This document shows positions 39,565-49,419 of a DNA stretch of 64,000 nt, piece after piece. The stretch spans positions 132,501 to 196,500 of the forward strand of contig CAKOOJ010000002.1 of assembly GCA_934098385.1 (NCBI GenBank), given 5' to 3'. This DNA is from an uncultured Bacilli bacterium. Its GTDB lineage: Bacteria; Bacillota_I; Bacilli_A; RF39; UBA660. How positions within the stretch are numbered: the stretch's first letter is position 1; the number at the start of each line of letters is the position of its first letter. A model generated the notes under the pieces. The model saw nothing but the letters and a program-made list of their open reading frames with translations, was not told the origin of the DNA and did no database searches. A program made the translations under genes and the position numbers.

Positions 39565-39606
39565 TTAGCACAAACTATTGACAAGTGCTAAAATATATTA
39601 TATAAC
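39565..39606 (+). promoter_or_regulatory. htpG promoter with embedded CIRCE-like inverted repeat
   Basis: TTAGCAC-N13-GTGCTAA at 39565-39591, the outer 7+7 nt of CIRCE (TTAGCACTC-N9-GAGTGCTAA). TTGACA at 39578-39583 lies inside the spacer; -10 TATAAC at 39601-39606. Confidence 0.65.
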
Positions 39607-39628
39607 TTAGATATGGGAGATGTTATAA

Positions 39629-41500
39629 ATGAAAAAAAGAGAATTTAAAAGTGAATCAAAAAGGTTGTTAGATTTAATGATTAATTCTATATATACTAAT
39701 AAAGATATATTTTTAAGAGAATTAATTAGTAATGGTAGTGATGCAATTGATAAATTATATTATAAAAGTTTAACTGATAAATCTATTAAGGTTAATAAAG
39801 ATGATTTAGAAATTAATATTAATTTTGATAAAGATTTAAGAACTATAACTGTTAGTGATAATGGTTGTGGTATGAGTGAAAGTGACTTAGAGAATAATTT
39901 AGGTACTATTGCTAAAAGTGGTTCTTTAGCTTTTAAAGAAATGAATGAAGTAAAGAATAAAGATATTGATATAATAGGACAATTTGGTGTAGGTTTTTAT
40001 AGTGCATTTATGGTAGCAGATGAAATTACTGTTATAAGTAAATCTTATGATAGTGAGGATGCTTATAGATGGAATTCTAAGGGATTAGAAGGTTATACAT
40101 TAGAAAAATGTGATAAGAGTAGTGTTGGTACTGATATAATTTTACATATCAAAGATAATACTGATGACGATAATTATGATGATTATTTAACTGAGTTCAA
40201 ATTAAAAGATTTGATTAAAAAATATAGTGATTATATTAGATATCCAATTAAAATGGAAGTAAGTCATAGTCATAAAAAAGATGATAGTGATGAATATGAA
40301 AATGTTAAAGAAATTGAAACTATTAATAGTATGATTCCTATTTGGAAAAAGAATAAAAAAGATGTTAGTGACGAAGAATATGAACATTATTATACTGATA
40401 CTTATTATGATTATGAGAAACCTTTAAAAGTTATAAGTACTAGTGTAGAAGGTGCTGTTAGTTATAAAGGGTTATTGTTTGTGCCAAGCCATGCTCCTTA
40501 TGATTTTTATACTAAAGAATATGAAAAAGGATTAAGTTTATATTCTAATGGTGTATTAATTATGGATAAATGTAGTGAATTATTACCTGATTATTTTAGT
40601 TTTATAAAAGGTGTAATTGATACTGAAGATGTATCTTTAAATATAAGCCGTGAAATGCTTCAAAAAACTAAAGCAGTTAGTTTAATTGCTAAAAATATTG
40701 AAAATAAGATAATTAAAGAATTTAAAGATATGTTAGAAAATGACAGAGAAGATTATGTAAAGATGTTTAAGGTATTTGGAACTAATATTAAATTTGGTAT
40801 TTATAATAATTATGGAATGGATAAAGATAAATTACAAGATTTAATAATGTTTAATTCTAGTAAGACTAAAGATTTAATTACTTTAAAAGAATATGTTTCT
40901 AATATGAAAGAAGACCAAAAAGATATTTATTATGCTAGTGGTGAAAGTGTTGATAAGATAGATTTACTTCCTCAAATAGAACAAGTTAAAGATAAAGATT
41001 ATGAAATATTATATTTAACTGATTATGTAGATGAATTTACATTACAAGCATTAAGAGAATATGATGGTAAAAGTTTTAAAAATGTTAGTGATGCTGACTT
41101 AGATTTAGAAGATAAAAAAGAAGATATTGAAAAATTAAATACTGACAATAAAGATTTATTAACTTTAATGAAAGATACTATTGGTATTAGTGGTGTTAGA
41201 TTTACTGGTAAGTTAAAAAATCATCCTGTATGTTTAACAAGTAAAGGTAATGTTTCTGTTGAAATGCAAAAAGTAATTAATTCTATGCCAGGAGATGAAA
41301 GCGTTAATGCAGAAATAGTACTAGAAATTAATGAAAATCATCCTATTGCTGACAAACTAAAATCATTATATGAAACAGATAAAGAAGAATTAAAGAAATA
41401 TAGTAAAGTTTTATATAGTGAAGCTAGACTTATAGAAGGACTTGGAATAGATAATCCTACTGAGATAAGTAATTTAATATGTGATTTGATTTCAAAATAG
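39629..41500 (+). CDS. htpG: Molecular chaperone HtpG (Hsp90)
   Basis: FLRELISNGSDAIDK, GQFGVGFYSAFMVAD, NISREMLQ motifs. Confidence 0.96.
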   Translation: MKKREFKSESKRLLDLMINSIYTNKDIFLRELISNGSDAIDKLYYKSLTDKSIKVNKDDLEININFDKDLRTITVSDNGCGMSESDLENNLGTIAKSGSLAFKEMNEVKNKDIDIIGQFGVGFYSAFMVADEITVISKSYDSEDAYRWNSKGLEGYTLEKCDKSSVGTDIILHIKDNTDDDNYDDYLTEFKLKDLIKKYSDYIRYPIKMEVSHSHKKDDSDEYENVKEIETINSMIPIWKKNKKDVSDEEYEHYYTDTYYDYEKPLKVISTSVEGAVSYKGLLFVPSHAPYDFYTKEYEKGLSLYSNGVLIMDKCSELLPDYFSFIKGVIDTEDVSLNISREMLQKTKAVSLIAKNIENKIIKEFKDMLENDREDYVKMFKVFGTNIKFGIYNNYGMDKDKLQDLIMFNSSKTKDLITLKEYVSNMKEDQKDIYYASGESVDKIDLLPQIEQVKDKDYEILYLTDYVDEFTLQALREYDGKSFKNVSDADLDLEDKKEDIEKLNTDNKDLLTLMKDTIGISGVRFTGKLKNHPVCLTSKGNVSVEMQKVINSMPGDESVNAEIVLEINENHPIADKLKSLYETDKEELKKYSKVLYSEARLIEGLGIDNPTEISNLICDLISK

Positions 41501-41519
41501 ACTTTATGGTCTATTTTTT
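41498..41519 (+). terminator. Intrinsic terminator after htpG
   Basis: TAGAC-TTTATG-GTCTA followed by TTTTTT. Confidence 0.7.
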
Positions 41520-41565
41520 AGTAGTTTTGTTATTTTTTTAATAAAACTAATTGTTTGTTCTTTAT

Positions 41566-41610
41566 AGTGTGAAACTTTTTTGATAAAATATGAGAAAATA
41601 GTTTCACACT
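41566..41610. promoter_or_regulatory. 11-bp inverted repeat overlapping the Fic-gene promoter (operator candidate)
   Basis: AGTGTGAAACT (41566-41576) and AGTTTCACACT (41600-41610) separated by 23 nt. The right arm contains -35 TTCACA, 16 nt upstream of TATAAT (41625-41630). A third GTGAAA half-site lies at 41614-41619. Confidence 0.45.
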
Positions 41611-41649
41611 GTTGTGAAATATAGTATAATGTTTTGTAGAGGTGTTACT

Positions 41650-42582
41650 ATGGATAGTCAAATGAAAATATTAGATTTAATCAATCAAAAACAAATACAA
41701 GAAACTCAATTAAATCAACTAGTATATGGTGCTATTGAAATTAGAGATAAAGATAATAAAAAATATATTTATACTCATACAAAAGAAGACGGAATACAAA
41801 ATACTAAATATATTGGTGAATATAGTGATAATCTTTATAATTTAATACTCAATAATAATATTAAAGCGAAAGAAATAAAAAAAATTATTAGAAATATAGA
41901 AAAGCAACTAAAAGAATTAAATTATGTGGATGAAGAATTATCTTTAGAAGTTTCGAGAAATATTGATTTTGCAAAAAAACATTTAGCAGATACTATTTAT
42001 AAACAAGCAATATTAGAAGGTGTAGCAACTACTTTGTCTGATACTGAAAACATAATTGAAGGTGGAAAAGTTAATAATATGTCATCAGAAGATATATTGA
42101 AAGTAGTAAATCTTAAACATGCTTGGGAGTTTATATTAAATAAGAATGTAATTTTAAGTAAAACTGATTATAATGTTTTGTGTACTATTAATAAATTAGT
42201 TGAGGAAGGATTTTATTACAATAATGGAATGTTGAGAACTACACCAGTAAAGATTGGTGGAACAGATTGGATGCCTGATTTGCCAATTGAATCTGATATA
42301 AAAATGGATTTACTTAATATTTTAAATTCTGATATAGATGTAGTAGAAAAAGCAATAAATTTGTTATTATATGTTGTTAAAAAACAAATGTTTATTGATG
42401 GTAATAAAAGAACTTCTGTTATTTATGCAAATCATTATTTAATTAGTAAAGGTAAAGGAATTATTGTAATTCCAATTGAAAATGTAAATGAATATAAGTT
42501 GTTATTAATTAAATTTTATGAGTCTAATGATGATAAAGCTATAAAAGAATTTATTAGGAAAAATTGTTATATAGAATTATAA
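41650..42582 (+). CDS. Fic/Doc (Fido) family protein with Doc-like, His-less core motif
   Basis: Core QMFIDGNKRTS aligns to Doc HxFx(D/N)(A/G)NKR and Fic HxFx(D/E)GNGR, but Gln occupies the His position. ATG at 41650 after AGAGGTG. Confidence 0.7.
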   Translation: MDSQMKILDLINQKQIQETQLNQLVYGAIEIRDKDNKKYIYTHTKEDGIQNTKYIGEYSDNLYNLILNNNIKAKEIKKIIRNIEKQLKELNYVDEELSLEVSRNIDFAKKHLADTIYKQAILEGVATTLSDTENIIEGGKVNNMSSEDILKVVNLKHAWEFILNKNVILSKTDYNVLCTINKLVEEGFYYNNGMLRTTPVKIGGTDWMPDLPIESDIKMDLLNILNSDIDVVEKAINLLLYVVKKQMFIDGNKRTSVIYANHYLISKGKGIIVIPIENVNEYKLLLIKFYESNDDKAIKEFIRKNCYIEL

Positions 42583-42598
42583 AAGATGAGGTGAAATT

Positions 42599-44182
42599 AT
42601 GTTAAAAGTTATTGATTTAGAATTAAGATTTACTACTAAAACTTTATTTAAAAATGTAAATTTAGAATTTTCAAAAGATAATTGTTATGGAATAATTGGT
42701 GCTAATGGAGCAGGAAAAAGTACTTTTTTAAAAATATTAGATGGTAGGATAGAACCTACTAATGGTGAAATAATACTTGGTAAAGGTGAACGTATTTCTA
42801 CTTTAGTTCAAAATCATAATTTATATGATGATTATAAAGTAATTGATACTGTTATTATGGGTAATAAAGAATTATATTCAATTATTAAGGAAAAAGAAGA
42901 AATATATAGTAAGACTGATTTTACAGATGAGGATGGAGTTAGAGTTGCAGAGTTAGAAGATAAATTTTTAAACATGAATGGTTGGGATGCTGAAAGTGAT
43001 GCTGAAAAATTATTAAATGGTTTAGGAGTTAGTAAAGATTTATTTTATCTTGAAATGAATGAATTAAAAGATAGTGATAAGGTTAAAGTGTTACTTGCGA
43101 GTGCTTTATTTGGTGATCCTGATGTTCTTCTTTTAGATGAACCTACAAATGGTTTAGATGTAAAAAGTAAGATGTGGCTAGAAGAATTTTTAATTAACTT
43201 TAAAAATACTGTGTTAGTTGTTAGCCATGATAGGGCTTTCTTAAATAAAGTTTGTACTCATATGGTTGATATAGATTATGAGAAGATTACTATGTTTGTA
43301 GGTAATTATGATTTTTGGTATAGATCTAGTCAATTAATACAACAACAAATGAAAGATTCTAATAAGAAAAAAGAAGATAAGATAAAAGAACTAGAAGATT
43401 TTATTAGAAGATTTAGCGCCAATGCTAGTAAAAGCAAACAGGCTACTAGTAGAAAGAAAGCGTTAGAAAAAATAAAATTAGATGAAATTAAACCTAGTAG
43501 TAGAAAATATCCGTATATTAATTTTGATATTGAAAGAGAATTAGGTAATGATGTTGTTATTGTGGATAATGTTTGCTATAAAGATATTTTACATAATGTT
43601 AAGTTTGTTATTAGAAAAGGTGATAAGATAGCACTTATAGGTAATAATGAGATTGCTAAAACTACTCTTCTTAATATAATTAGTGGTGAATTGGAGCCTG
43701 ATTCTGGTAGTGTTAAATTAGGTTCAACTGTTAGAATGTCTTATTATGAAAAAAATCATGATAAATATTTTCAAAATAATATGAATATGATGGATTGGTT
43801 AAGACAATTTACTGATAGTACTGATGATACTTTTATTAGAGGATTCTTAGGTAGAATGCTATTTAGTGGAGAAGAAGTTTTTAAAGATGTAAAAGTATTG
43901 TCAGGTGGAGAAAAGGTTAGATGTATGTTTGCAAAAGTTATGTTAAATCATGGAAATGTTTTGTTATTAGATGAACCTACTAATCATTTAGATATTGAAA
44001 GTATAACAGCACTTAATGAAGGTTTAGAAAGATACAAAAGTTCATTAGTAATAAGTACGTTTGATGAAGAGATAATTGATACTGTTTGTAATAGACTTAT
44101 AGAAATAAAAAAAGATGGTACGATAAGAGATAAAGAAATAAGTTATGAAGAATATATAGAAAGATTTGGAATAGAGAGTTAA
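42599..44182 (+). CDS. ABC-F family ATPase (two ABC cassettes, no TM domain)
   Basis: NBD1 Walker A GANGAGKST, Walker B LLLDEPTNGLD. NBD2 signature LSGGEKVR, Walker B LLLDEPTNHLD. Basic inter-domain linker. NBD1 signature (LKDSDKVKV) and NBD2 Walker A (GNNEIAKTT) are degenerate. Confidence 0.88.
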   Translation: MLKVIDLELRFTTKTLFKNVNLEFSKDNCYGIIGANGAGKSTFLKILDGRIEPTNGEIILGKGERISTLVQNHNLYDDYKVIDTVIMGNKELYSIIKEKEEIYSKTDFTDEDGVRVAELEDKFLNMNGWDAESDAEKLLNGLGVSKDLFYLEMNELKDSDKVKVLLASALFGDPDVLLLDEPTNGLDVKSKMWLEEFLINFKNTVLVVSHDRAFLNKVCTHMVDIDYEKITMFVGNYDFWYRSSQLIQQQMKDSNKKKEDKIKELEDFIRRFSANASKSKQATSRKKALEKIKLDEIKPSSRKYPYINFDIERELGNDVVIVDNVCYKDILHNVKFVIRKGDKIALIGNNEIAKTTLLNIISGELEPDSGSVKLGSTVRMSYYEKNHDKYFQNNMNMMDWLRQFTDSTDDTFIRGFLGRMLFSGEEVFKDVKVLSGGEKVRCMFAKVMLNHGNVLLLDEPTNHLDIESITALNEGLERYKSSLVISTFDEEIIDTVCNRLIEIKKDGTIRDKEISYEEYIERFGIES

Positions 44183-44244
44183 TTTAAAATAAATTGACTT
44201 TTCTTTTATATTAATATATAATCTCATTTGTTTGGAGGCCTTTT

Positions 44245-45087
44245 ATGAAAGATATAATAATTGATACTTTAGTTGATGCTTTGAAAATATTACCGTTTCT
44301 TTTTATAACTTTTTTGTTATTAGAACTTTTAGAACATAAATTAAGTAATAAAACTAAAAATGTTATAAGTAAATCTGGTAAAGTTGGACCTATAATTGGT
44401 AGTTTACTTGGAGTAATACCTCAATGTGGTTTTTCTGTTGTTGCAACTAATTTATATATAACACGTGTTATTTCTTTAGGAACTTTGTTTTCTATTTATC
44501 TATCTACTAGTGATGAAATGCTTCCTATTATGTTAAGTCAAAATGTTAGTTTTAAAACTATATTATTTGTTTTATTAATAAAAGTTATTGCTGGTATGTT
44601 GTTTGGTTTTATTATAGATTTAGTTATTAGAAAAAACAGTAAGAATAAATATAATTATCATATATGTGAAGAAGAACATTGTCATTGTGATCATGGTATT
44701 GTTAAATCTAGTTTAAAACATACTTTTAATATAATAATATTTATTATTGGTGTTAGTTTTATATTAAATGTTGTATTTTTATATTGTGGTAATGATTTGA
44801 TTAGTAAAATATTTATGAAAGATACAATGTTTGGACCATTTTTAGGCTCATTAGTTGGTTTAATACCTAATTGTGGGGCAAGTGTTATTTTAACTGAAAT
44901 GTTTTTAAAAGGAGCAATTAATTTAGGAACATGTATGGCTGGTTTGTTAACTGGTAGTGGGGTTGCTTTGTTGGTTTTATTCAAATCTAATAAAAATATT
45001 AAGGAAAATTTATGTATTTGTTTAACTTTATATTTAATTGGAGTACTCGTTGGTATATTTATTGAATTTGTAGGTATACTAATATAG
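44245..45087 (+). CDS. Polytopic permease with duplicated IP(Q/N)CG(F/A)S motifs (ArsP_2/DUF2899-like putative metal transporter)
   Basis: GVIPQCGFSVV and GLIPNCGASVI in two halves, plus His/Cys-rich loop HICEEEHCHCDHG. Track ORF 44691-44984(-) is antisense noise. Confidence 0.5.
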   Translation: MKDIIIDTLVDALKILPFLFITFLLLELLEHKLSNKTKNVISKSGKVGPIIGSLLGVIPQCGFSVVATNLYITRVISLGTLFSIYLSTSDEMLPIMLSQNVSFKTILFVLLIKVIAGMLFGFIIDLVIRKNSKNKYNYHICEEEHCHCDHGIVKSSLKHTFNIIIFIIGVSFILNVVFLYCGNDLISKIFMKDTMFGPFLGSLVGLIPNCGASVILTEMFLKGAINLGTCMAGLLTGSGVALLVLFKSNKNIKENLCICLTLYLIGVLVGIFIEFVGILI

Positions 45088-45116
45088 GGTACTTTTTTTA
45101 AATTTTTTAAAAAAAG

Positions 45117-45157
45117 TTAGCACTTAGTATTGACAAGTGCTAAAATAGTGGTATAAT
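45117..45157 (+). promoter_or_regulatory. hsp20 promoter with embedded CIRCE-like inverted repeat
   Basis: TTAGCACTT-N9-AAGTGCTAA at 45117-45143 (9-bp perfect arms). TTGACA at 45130-45135 lies in the spacer. Extended -10 TGgTATAAT at 45149-45157. 20 nt (TATTGACAAGTGCTAAAATA) are identical to the htpG promoter. Confidence 0.7.
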
Positions 45158-45183
45158 TATAATTGTGAAAGGAAGAGAGATAT

Positions 45184-45576
45184 ATGAGTTTAATACCTAG
45201 AAAGTATTATTTAGATGATTTTTTTGATGATTTTGTTAGTTCAAAGGATGGGTCAGTTATGAAGTGTGACATTTATGAAAAGGATGGTAAATGTAATATT
45301 GAAGTTGATGTACCTGGATTTGATAAGAAAGACATTAATGTAGAATGTAAAAATGGTTATTTAACTATAACTGCTAAAAAAGAAGAAACAGAAGAAGATA
45401 GTGATAAAAACTATATTAGAAAAGAAAGAAGTTATGGTGAATATTCTAGATCATTCTATGTTGGAGATGTTGATGCTAGTTTAATTAATGCTAAATTTAA
45501 TAATGGTACATTATGTATAACTGTTCCTAAAGAAGAAAAACAAGATAATAAAACTGTCATTGAAATCAATGATTAA
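45184..45576 (+). CDS. Small heat-shock protein (Hsp20/alpha-crystallin family)
   Basis: Alpha-crystallin domain: DIYEKDGKCNIEVDVPGFDKKDINVECKNGYLTITAKK...ERSYGEYSRSF...NGTLCITVPK. Confidence 0.92.
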   Translation: MSLIPRKYYLDDFFDDFVSSKDGSVMKCDIYEKDGKCNIEVDVPGFDKKDINVECKNGYLTITAKKEETEEDSDKNYIRKERSYGEYSRSFYVGDVDASLINAKFNNGTLCITVPKEEKQDNKTVIEIND

Positions 45577-45600
45577 GGACACTTTTGTCCTTTTTGTTTT
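45575..45600 (+). terminator. Intrinsic terminator after hsp20
   Basis: AAGGAC-ACTTTT-GTCCTT followed by a T-rich run. Confidence 0.7.
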
Positions 45601-45639
45601 GTAAAATTTTATATTTTATATTATACTAATGGTGAAAGG

Positions 45640-46584
45640 GTGATCTATTTGAAACAATGTGTTATGATATACAATCCTAACAGTGGTCATACAATGAATG
45701 AAGAAAACTTAAAAAGTGCAAAAAAAATATTTCCAGAGTATGGGTATAATTTAAAGATTATTCCAACACAATATGCAGGACATGCTAAAGAAATAGTAAG
45801 TCATTTGGAATATGTTGATTTAGTTGTTAGTGTTGGTGGAGATGGAACATTTAATGAAGTAGTTACTGGAAACTATTTAAGAACTAATAGGCTTTTAATT
45901 GCAAACATTCCAGTTGGAACATGTAATGATGTTGGTACAATGTTTGGGTATGGAAAGAATTTTGAAGCAAATTTAAAATTACTTCTTGAAGGTGAAGTAA
46001 AAAAAATTGATATATGTATTGTAAATGAAAGACCGTTTGTTTATGTTGCTGGGCTAGGTAAATTTATTAATATTGCTTATGATACTCCTAGATATTTAAA
46101 AAAGAAATATGGTTATTTTGCTTATTTAATAGAAGGTATTAAAGATTATTTTAGACCTATAAAATCTTATTACATAGATTTTGAAGTTAATGGACTTAAA
46201 AAAAGTGGATATTATTCTTTTATATTAGTTAGTAATGCTAATAGGATTGCTGGTATAAATAATTTTTATAAAGATGTTAAATTAGATGATAATCAATTTG
46301 AAGTATTGTTATGTAATTTTCCTAGTAGAAGAAGTATTATAAAAGCATTAAGATTGTTAATAGATCATGATCCTAATAATATTAGTGGTATAGAATTTTA
46401 TAAAACTAATAAAATTAACTTTAAATTTTTACAGTATCCTAAAAAAGCATGGTGTATAGATGGCGATAAATTAGATAGAGCAGTACTTGAATATAATTTT
46501 AGTACAGTTAATGATTTTGATGTAATGATGCCTAAAAAGAATGTTAAAAAGTTATTTATTAGAGACATTAATTTAGATGATTAA
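45640..46584 (+). CDS. Diacylglycerol/lipid kinase family protein (DagK/YegS-like)
   Basis: IYNPNSG, VSVGGDGTFNEVV, IPVGTCNDVG motifs. The start could be TTG at 45649 or ATG at 45664. Confidence 0.85.
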   Translation: MIYLKQCVMIYNPNSGHTMNEENLKSAKKIFPEYGYNLKIIPTQYAGHAKEIVSHLEYVDLVVSVGGDGTFNEVVTGNYLRTNRLLIANIPVGTCNDVGTMFGYGKNFEANLKLLLEGEVKKIDICIVNERPFVYVAGLGKFINIAYDTPRYLKKKYGYFAYLIEGIKDYFRPIKSYYIDFEVNGLKKSGYYSFILVSNANRIAGINNFYKDVKLDDNQFEVLLCNFPSRRSIIKALRLLIDHDPNNISGIEFYKTNKINFKFLQYPKKAWCIDGDKLDRAVLEYNFSTVNDFDVMMPKKNVKKLFIRDINLDD

Positions 46585-46646
46585 TAGTTGATTATTTAAA
46601 TTTTAATAAATTTGTATTTAATAATAAAAAAAGGCTTAGTTTTAAT

Positions 46647-49205
46647 TTACTGAGCTTTTATTTTTTGTTGTTTTTTCTTGATTACTAAATAAGTTATGGT
46701 AATTATTAGTGTTGTAATACTTATAGATATACCTATATCTAAATTGTTAGGGATATATTTTAATTCTATGTTGTTTTTTCCTTTTTTTAAATCAAATCCT
46801 AATAGACTATCATTAATTTTATAAGTTTTTATTTCTTTATTATTTGAATATACTTTCCATCCTTTGTCATATGGTATTGAAGTATATATTGAAGTATCAT
46901 CTATAAGAGTAATGTTTCCTTTTATATTATTTTCTTTAAAATTAGTAATATTTATTTTCTTTGAATTTAATGTGTTATAGGCTTTTATAAATTTATTGTT
47001 ATCTATGGTGTAAATATCTATTTCTTCATTTAAAAATGATTTATAAGATACATATATTTCTATATTGTTGTCATTGGATATTGTATTTATTATATATTCT
47101 TCATCATAAGAATTACATTCTTTAAATGATTTATTTAATTTGAGTTGTATATCATTAATATTAACATCATTTTTGTAATATATTTTATCATTTATTATAA
47201 TGTAGTTAATAGATGAATTATTTGAGTATAAATATATATTATCAAATTCATTTATATAATTATATTTAACTAATGTTTCTTTTTTATTTTGTGAAATTAT
47301 TTCTTTATTGTTAAGAGTTAATCTATGAAATACATTCTCTATATTTGTTCCATAATTTATAAAATCATTTTGATATTCTATTGGATTAATAAAATTATTA
47401 GTCCATTTTTTTATTGATTTATTTATACCAAACATTAATCCTGTTGTGTAATTAAATTTATATGTTAAAGTATTATTTTTGTTTAATTCTAAATTATATC
47501 TTTTATTATCATTATTTTTTCCAATCGTATATTTTATATCAAACATTAAATCGTATACTGGAGTATTTTGTTTATAGTAATAACTATTGATTCTGTTTCC
47601 TGGTTGTCCTAAATCATTATTTAATTCTGCTAGGTTGTTATATGCCATTGATGTAAATGTACTTTGTCCGTAATAGTTATACCATGCTCCATCATTAAGA
47701 GTTAGTATTGTGTTTTTTTCTGTTCTATAAAATAGTTCATTATCTTTTTCTTTGATTTCACTTATACTTTCATGTACGTTATTGTATGTTGAATAAAATT
47801 CATCTATATATTGTAAAATATCCCAATTATGATTTACTGATATTACACATTCGATAGAACATACTATTATAAATAAAAGTGTACTTAAATTTTTAAATTT
47901 TGGATAGAAATGATATAGGGTATAGATTAAGAAATAAGTTGATATTAATAAATAATTTATTGTTATCATATTTGATGTTATATTGTTATATTTTGTTAGG
48001 TATACAAATGTTATAAACAATAAACAAATAACATATGTTATTAATACTTTTATAAATGATATTTCTTTTATATTTTTGAGTGAATAAGCACTTATTAATA
48101 TAAGTATAAAACTATATATAAATGAATATCTATATGGCAAATCATTTGGAACATGGAATGCGTGCCATATATAATCTAAAGGAGCAACATAAAATGAAGT
48201 TAATAAGAATGTAAGAATTAATGTGTATACTATTTTTCTTTTAATGTTGATTTTTTTATTAAGTAAGAATAATAAATATAATTCTATAGAAAGTATTCCA
48301 CATGATATGTTTGGAGCATTTGATATGTCTGATGCAAATACTGTTTTTGTTATTCCAGTTAAATGATTTTTGAAAAAATTAATTATAGTGAATGCATAAT
48401 ATTGTTTTGTTGGAATAGTTCCCATAGTTGCATTTGTACTTTTTAAAGATTCATACATTGGTATTAGTTCAAATGCTAATAGTAATCCAGAAACTAAAGA
48501 ACATAATGCAAATTTTAAACATTTTTTTGATATATTTTTAATGTTAAATTTTTTTGTTTTAATTATTAAATATGATAGAAAATATATACATGAATAAATA
48601 CATGTCATATAACCTATAAAATAATTTGTAAACAACATTAATGTTAGAGATAGTGTGTATAAAACTCCATTATCTTTATTAATTATATTTTCTATACCTA
48701 ACGTAATTAAAGGAAGAATATACATCCCATCTAACCACATTATATTCCAATAATATGCTGTAAAGTATGCTGAATATCCGTATAGAAGTGCTATTCCTAT
48801 CATATATAATTTGTTTGTATTAAATTTTTTATGTATATAATATGAGCATGTTATACAAGATAATATACTTTTTAAACCTATTATTATTGAATAAGACATT
48901 ATAATATTTCTTCTTTTGAATAAAAAAATTATTATATTTAGTGGTGATGATAAGTAATTAAAAAAGTTTCTGAAATATGGTAGTCCTAATCCTGTATTAA
49001 AACTATAAATAATGTTTGCACCTTTTTTTATTCTGTCGTATAGTTCTGCTAGCATGGGTCCGTATTGATGAAAGAAATCTATTGTTAGAAGTGAATTTTT
49101 ACCAAATGGTGCAACTTTTTGTAAAATGTATATTGTAGATATTATTGATATTCCTAATATAAATACAGCTATTAAATATCCATATTTTTTTAAAAAGTTT
49201 TTCAT
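46647..49205 (-). CDS. YfhO-family polytopic membrane protein (putative glycosyl carrier/transferase)
   Basis: About 850 aa. N-terminal multi-TM region with the FFHQYGPMLAELYDRIK pattern typical of YfhO, large extracytoplasmic C-domain, terminal TM. ATG at 49205 after AGGTGG. Confidence 0.75.
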   Translation of the reverse strand: MKNFLKKYGYLIAVFILGISIISTIYILQKVAPFGKNSLLTIDFFHQYGPMLAELYDRIKKGANIIYSFNTGLGLPYFRNFFNYLSSPLNIIIFLFKRRNIIMSYSIIIGLKSILSCITCSYYIHKKFNTNKLYMIGIALLYGYSAYFTAYYWNIMWLDGMYILPLITLGIENIINKDNGVLYTLSLTLMLFTNYFIGYMTCIYSCIYFLSYLIIKTKKFNIKNISKKCLKFALCSLVSGLLLAFELIPMYESLKSTNATMGTIPTKQYYAFTIINFFKNHLTGITKTVFASDISNAPNISCGILSIELYLLFLLNKKINIKRKIVYTLILTFLLTSFYVAPLDYIWHAFHVPNDLPYRYSFIYSFILILISAYSLKNIKEISFIKVLITYVICLLFITFVYLTKYNNITSNMITINYLLISTYFLIYTLYHFYPKFKNLSTLLFIIVCSIECVISVNHNWDILQYIDEFYSTYNNVHESISEIKEKDNELFYRTEKNTILTLNDGAWYNYYGQSTFTSMAYNNLAELNNDLGQPGNRINSYYYKQNTPVYDLMFDIKYTIGKNNDNKRYNLELNKNNTLTYKFNYTTGLMFGINKSIKKWTNNFINPIEYQNDFINYGTNIENVFHRLTLNNKEIISQNKKETLVKYNYINEFDNIYLYSNNSSINYIIINDKIYYKNDVNINDIQLKLNKSFKECNSYDEEYIINTISNDNNIEIYVSYKSFLNEEIDIYTIDNNKFIKAYNTLNSKKINITNFKENNIKGNITLIDDTSIYTSIPYDKGWKVYSNNKEIKTYKINDSLLGFDLKKGKNNIELKYIPNNLDIGISISITTLIITITYLVIKKKQQKIKAQ

Positions 49206-49419
49206 AAGTACCACCTAATTAAAATTATATAATATAGGTTATTTTTATTCAATTTTTTATTTGTCTTTTTTTGTTTTATTTTGATAAGTTTTTAGAAGTT
49301 TTGTCGAATGACTTTATTTTATTATTAGATTGTATTAGTATAACAAACCGAACGTCTGGGTTGATGTCTGCCTTACTAACTGAATTAATAAAGAGTAAAA
49401 GTAGTAAGGTGGTGATATT

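Noticed and set aside
41566-41619. GTGAAAC/GTTTCAC half-sites upstream of the Fic gene as additional parS-related sites
   Set aside because: Only the 6-7-nt half-site is shared. The arrangement (arms 23 nt apart, outward orientation) does not form the parS palindrome, so the resemblance is probably coincidental.
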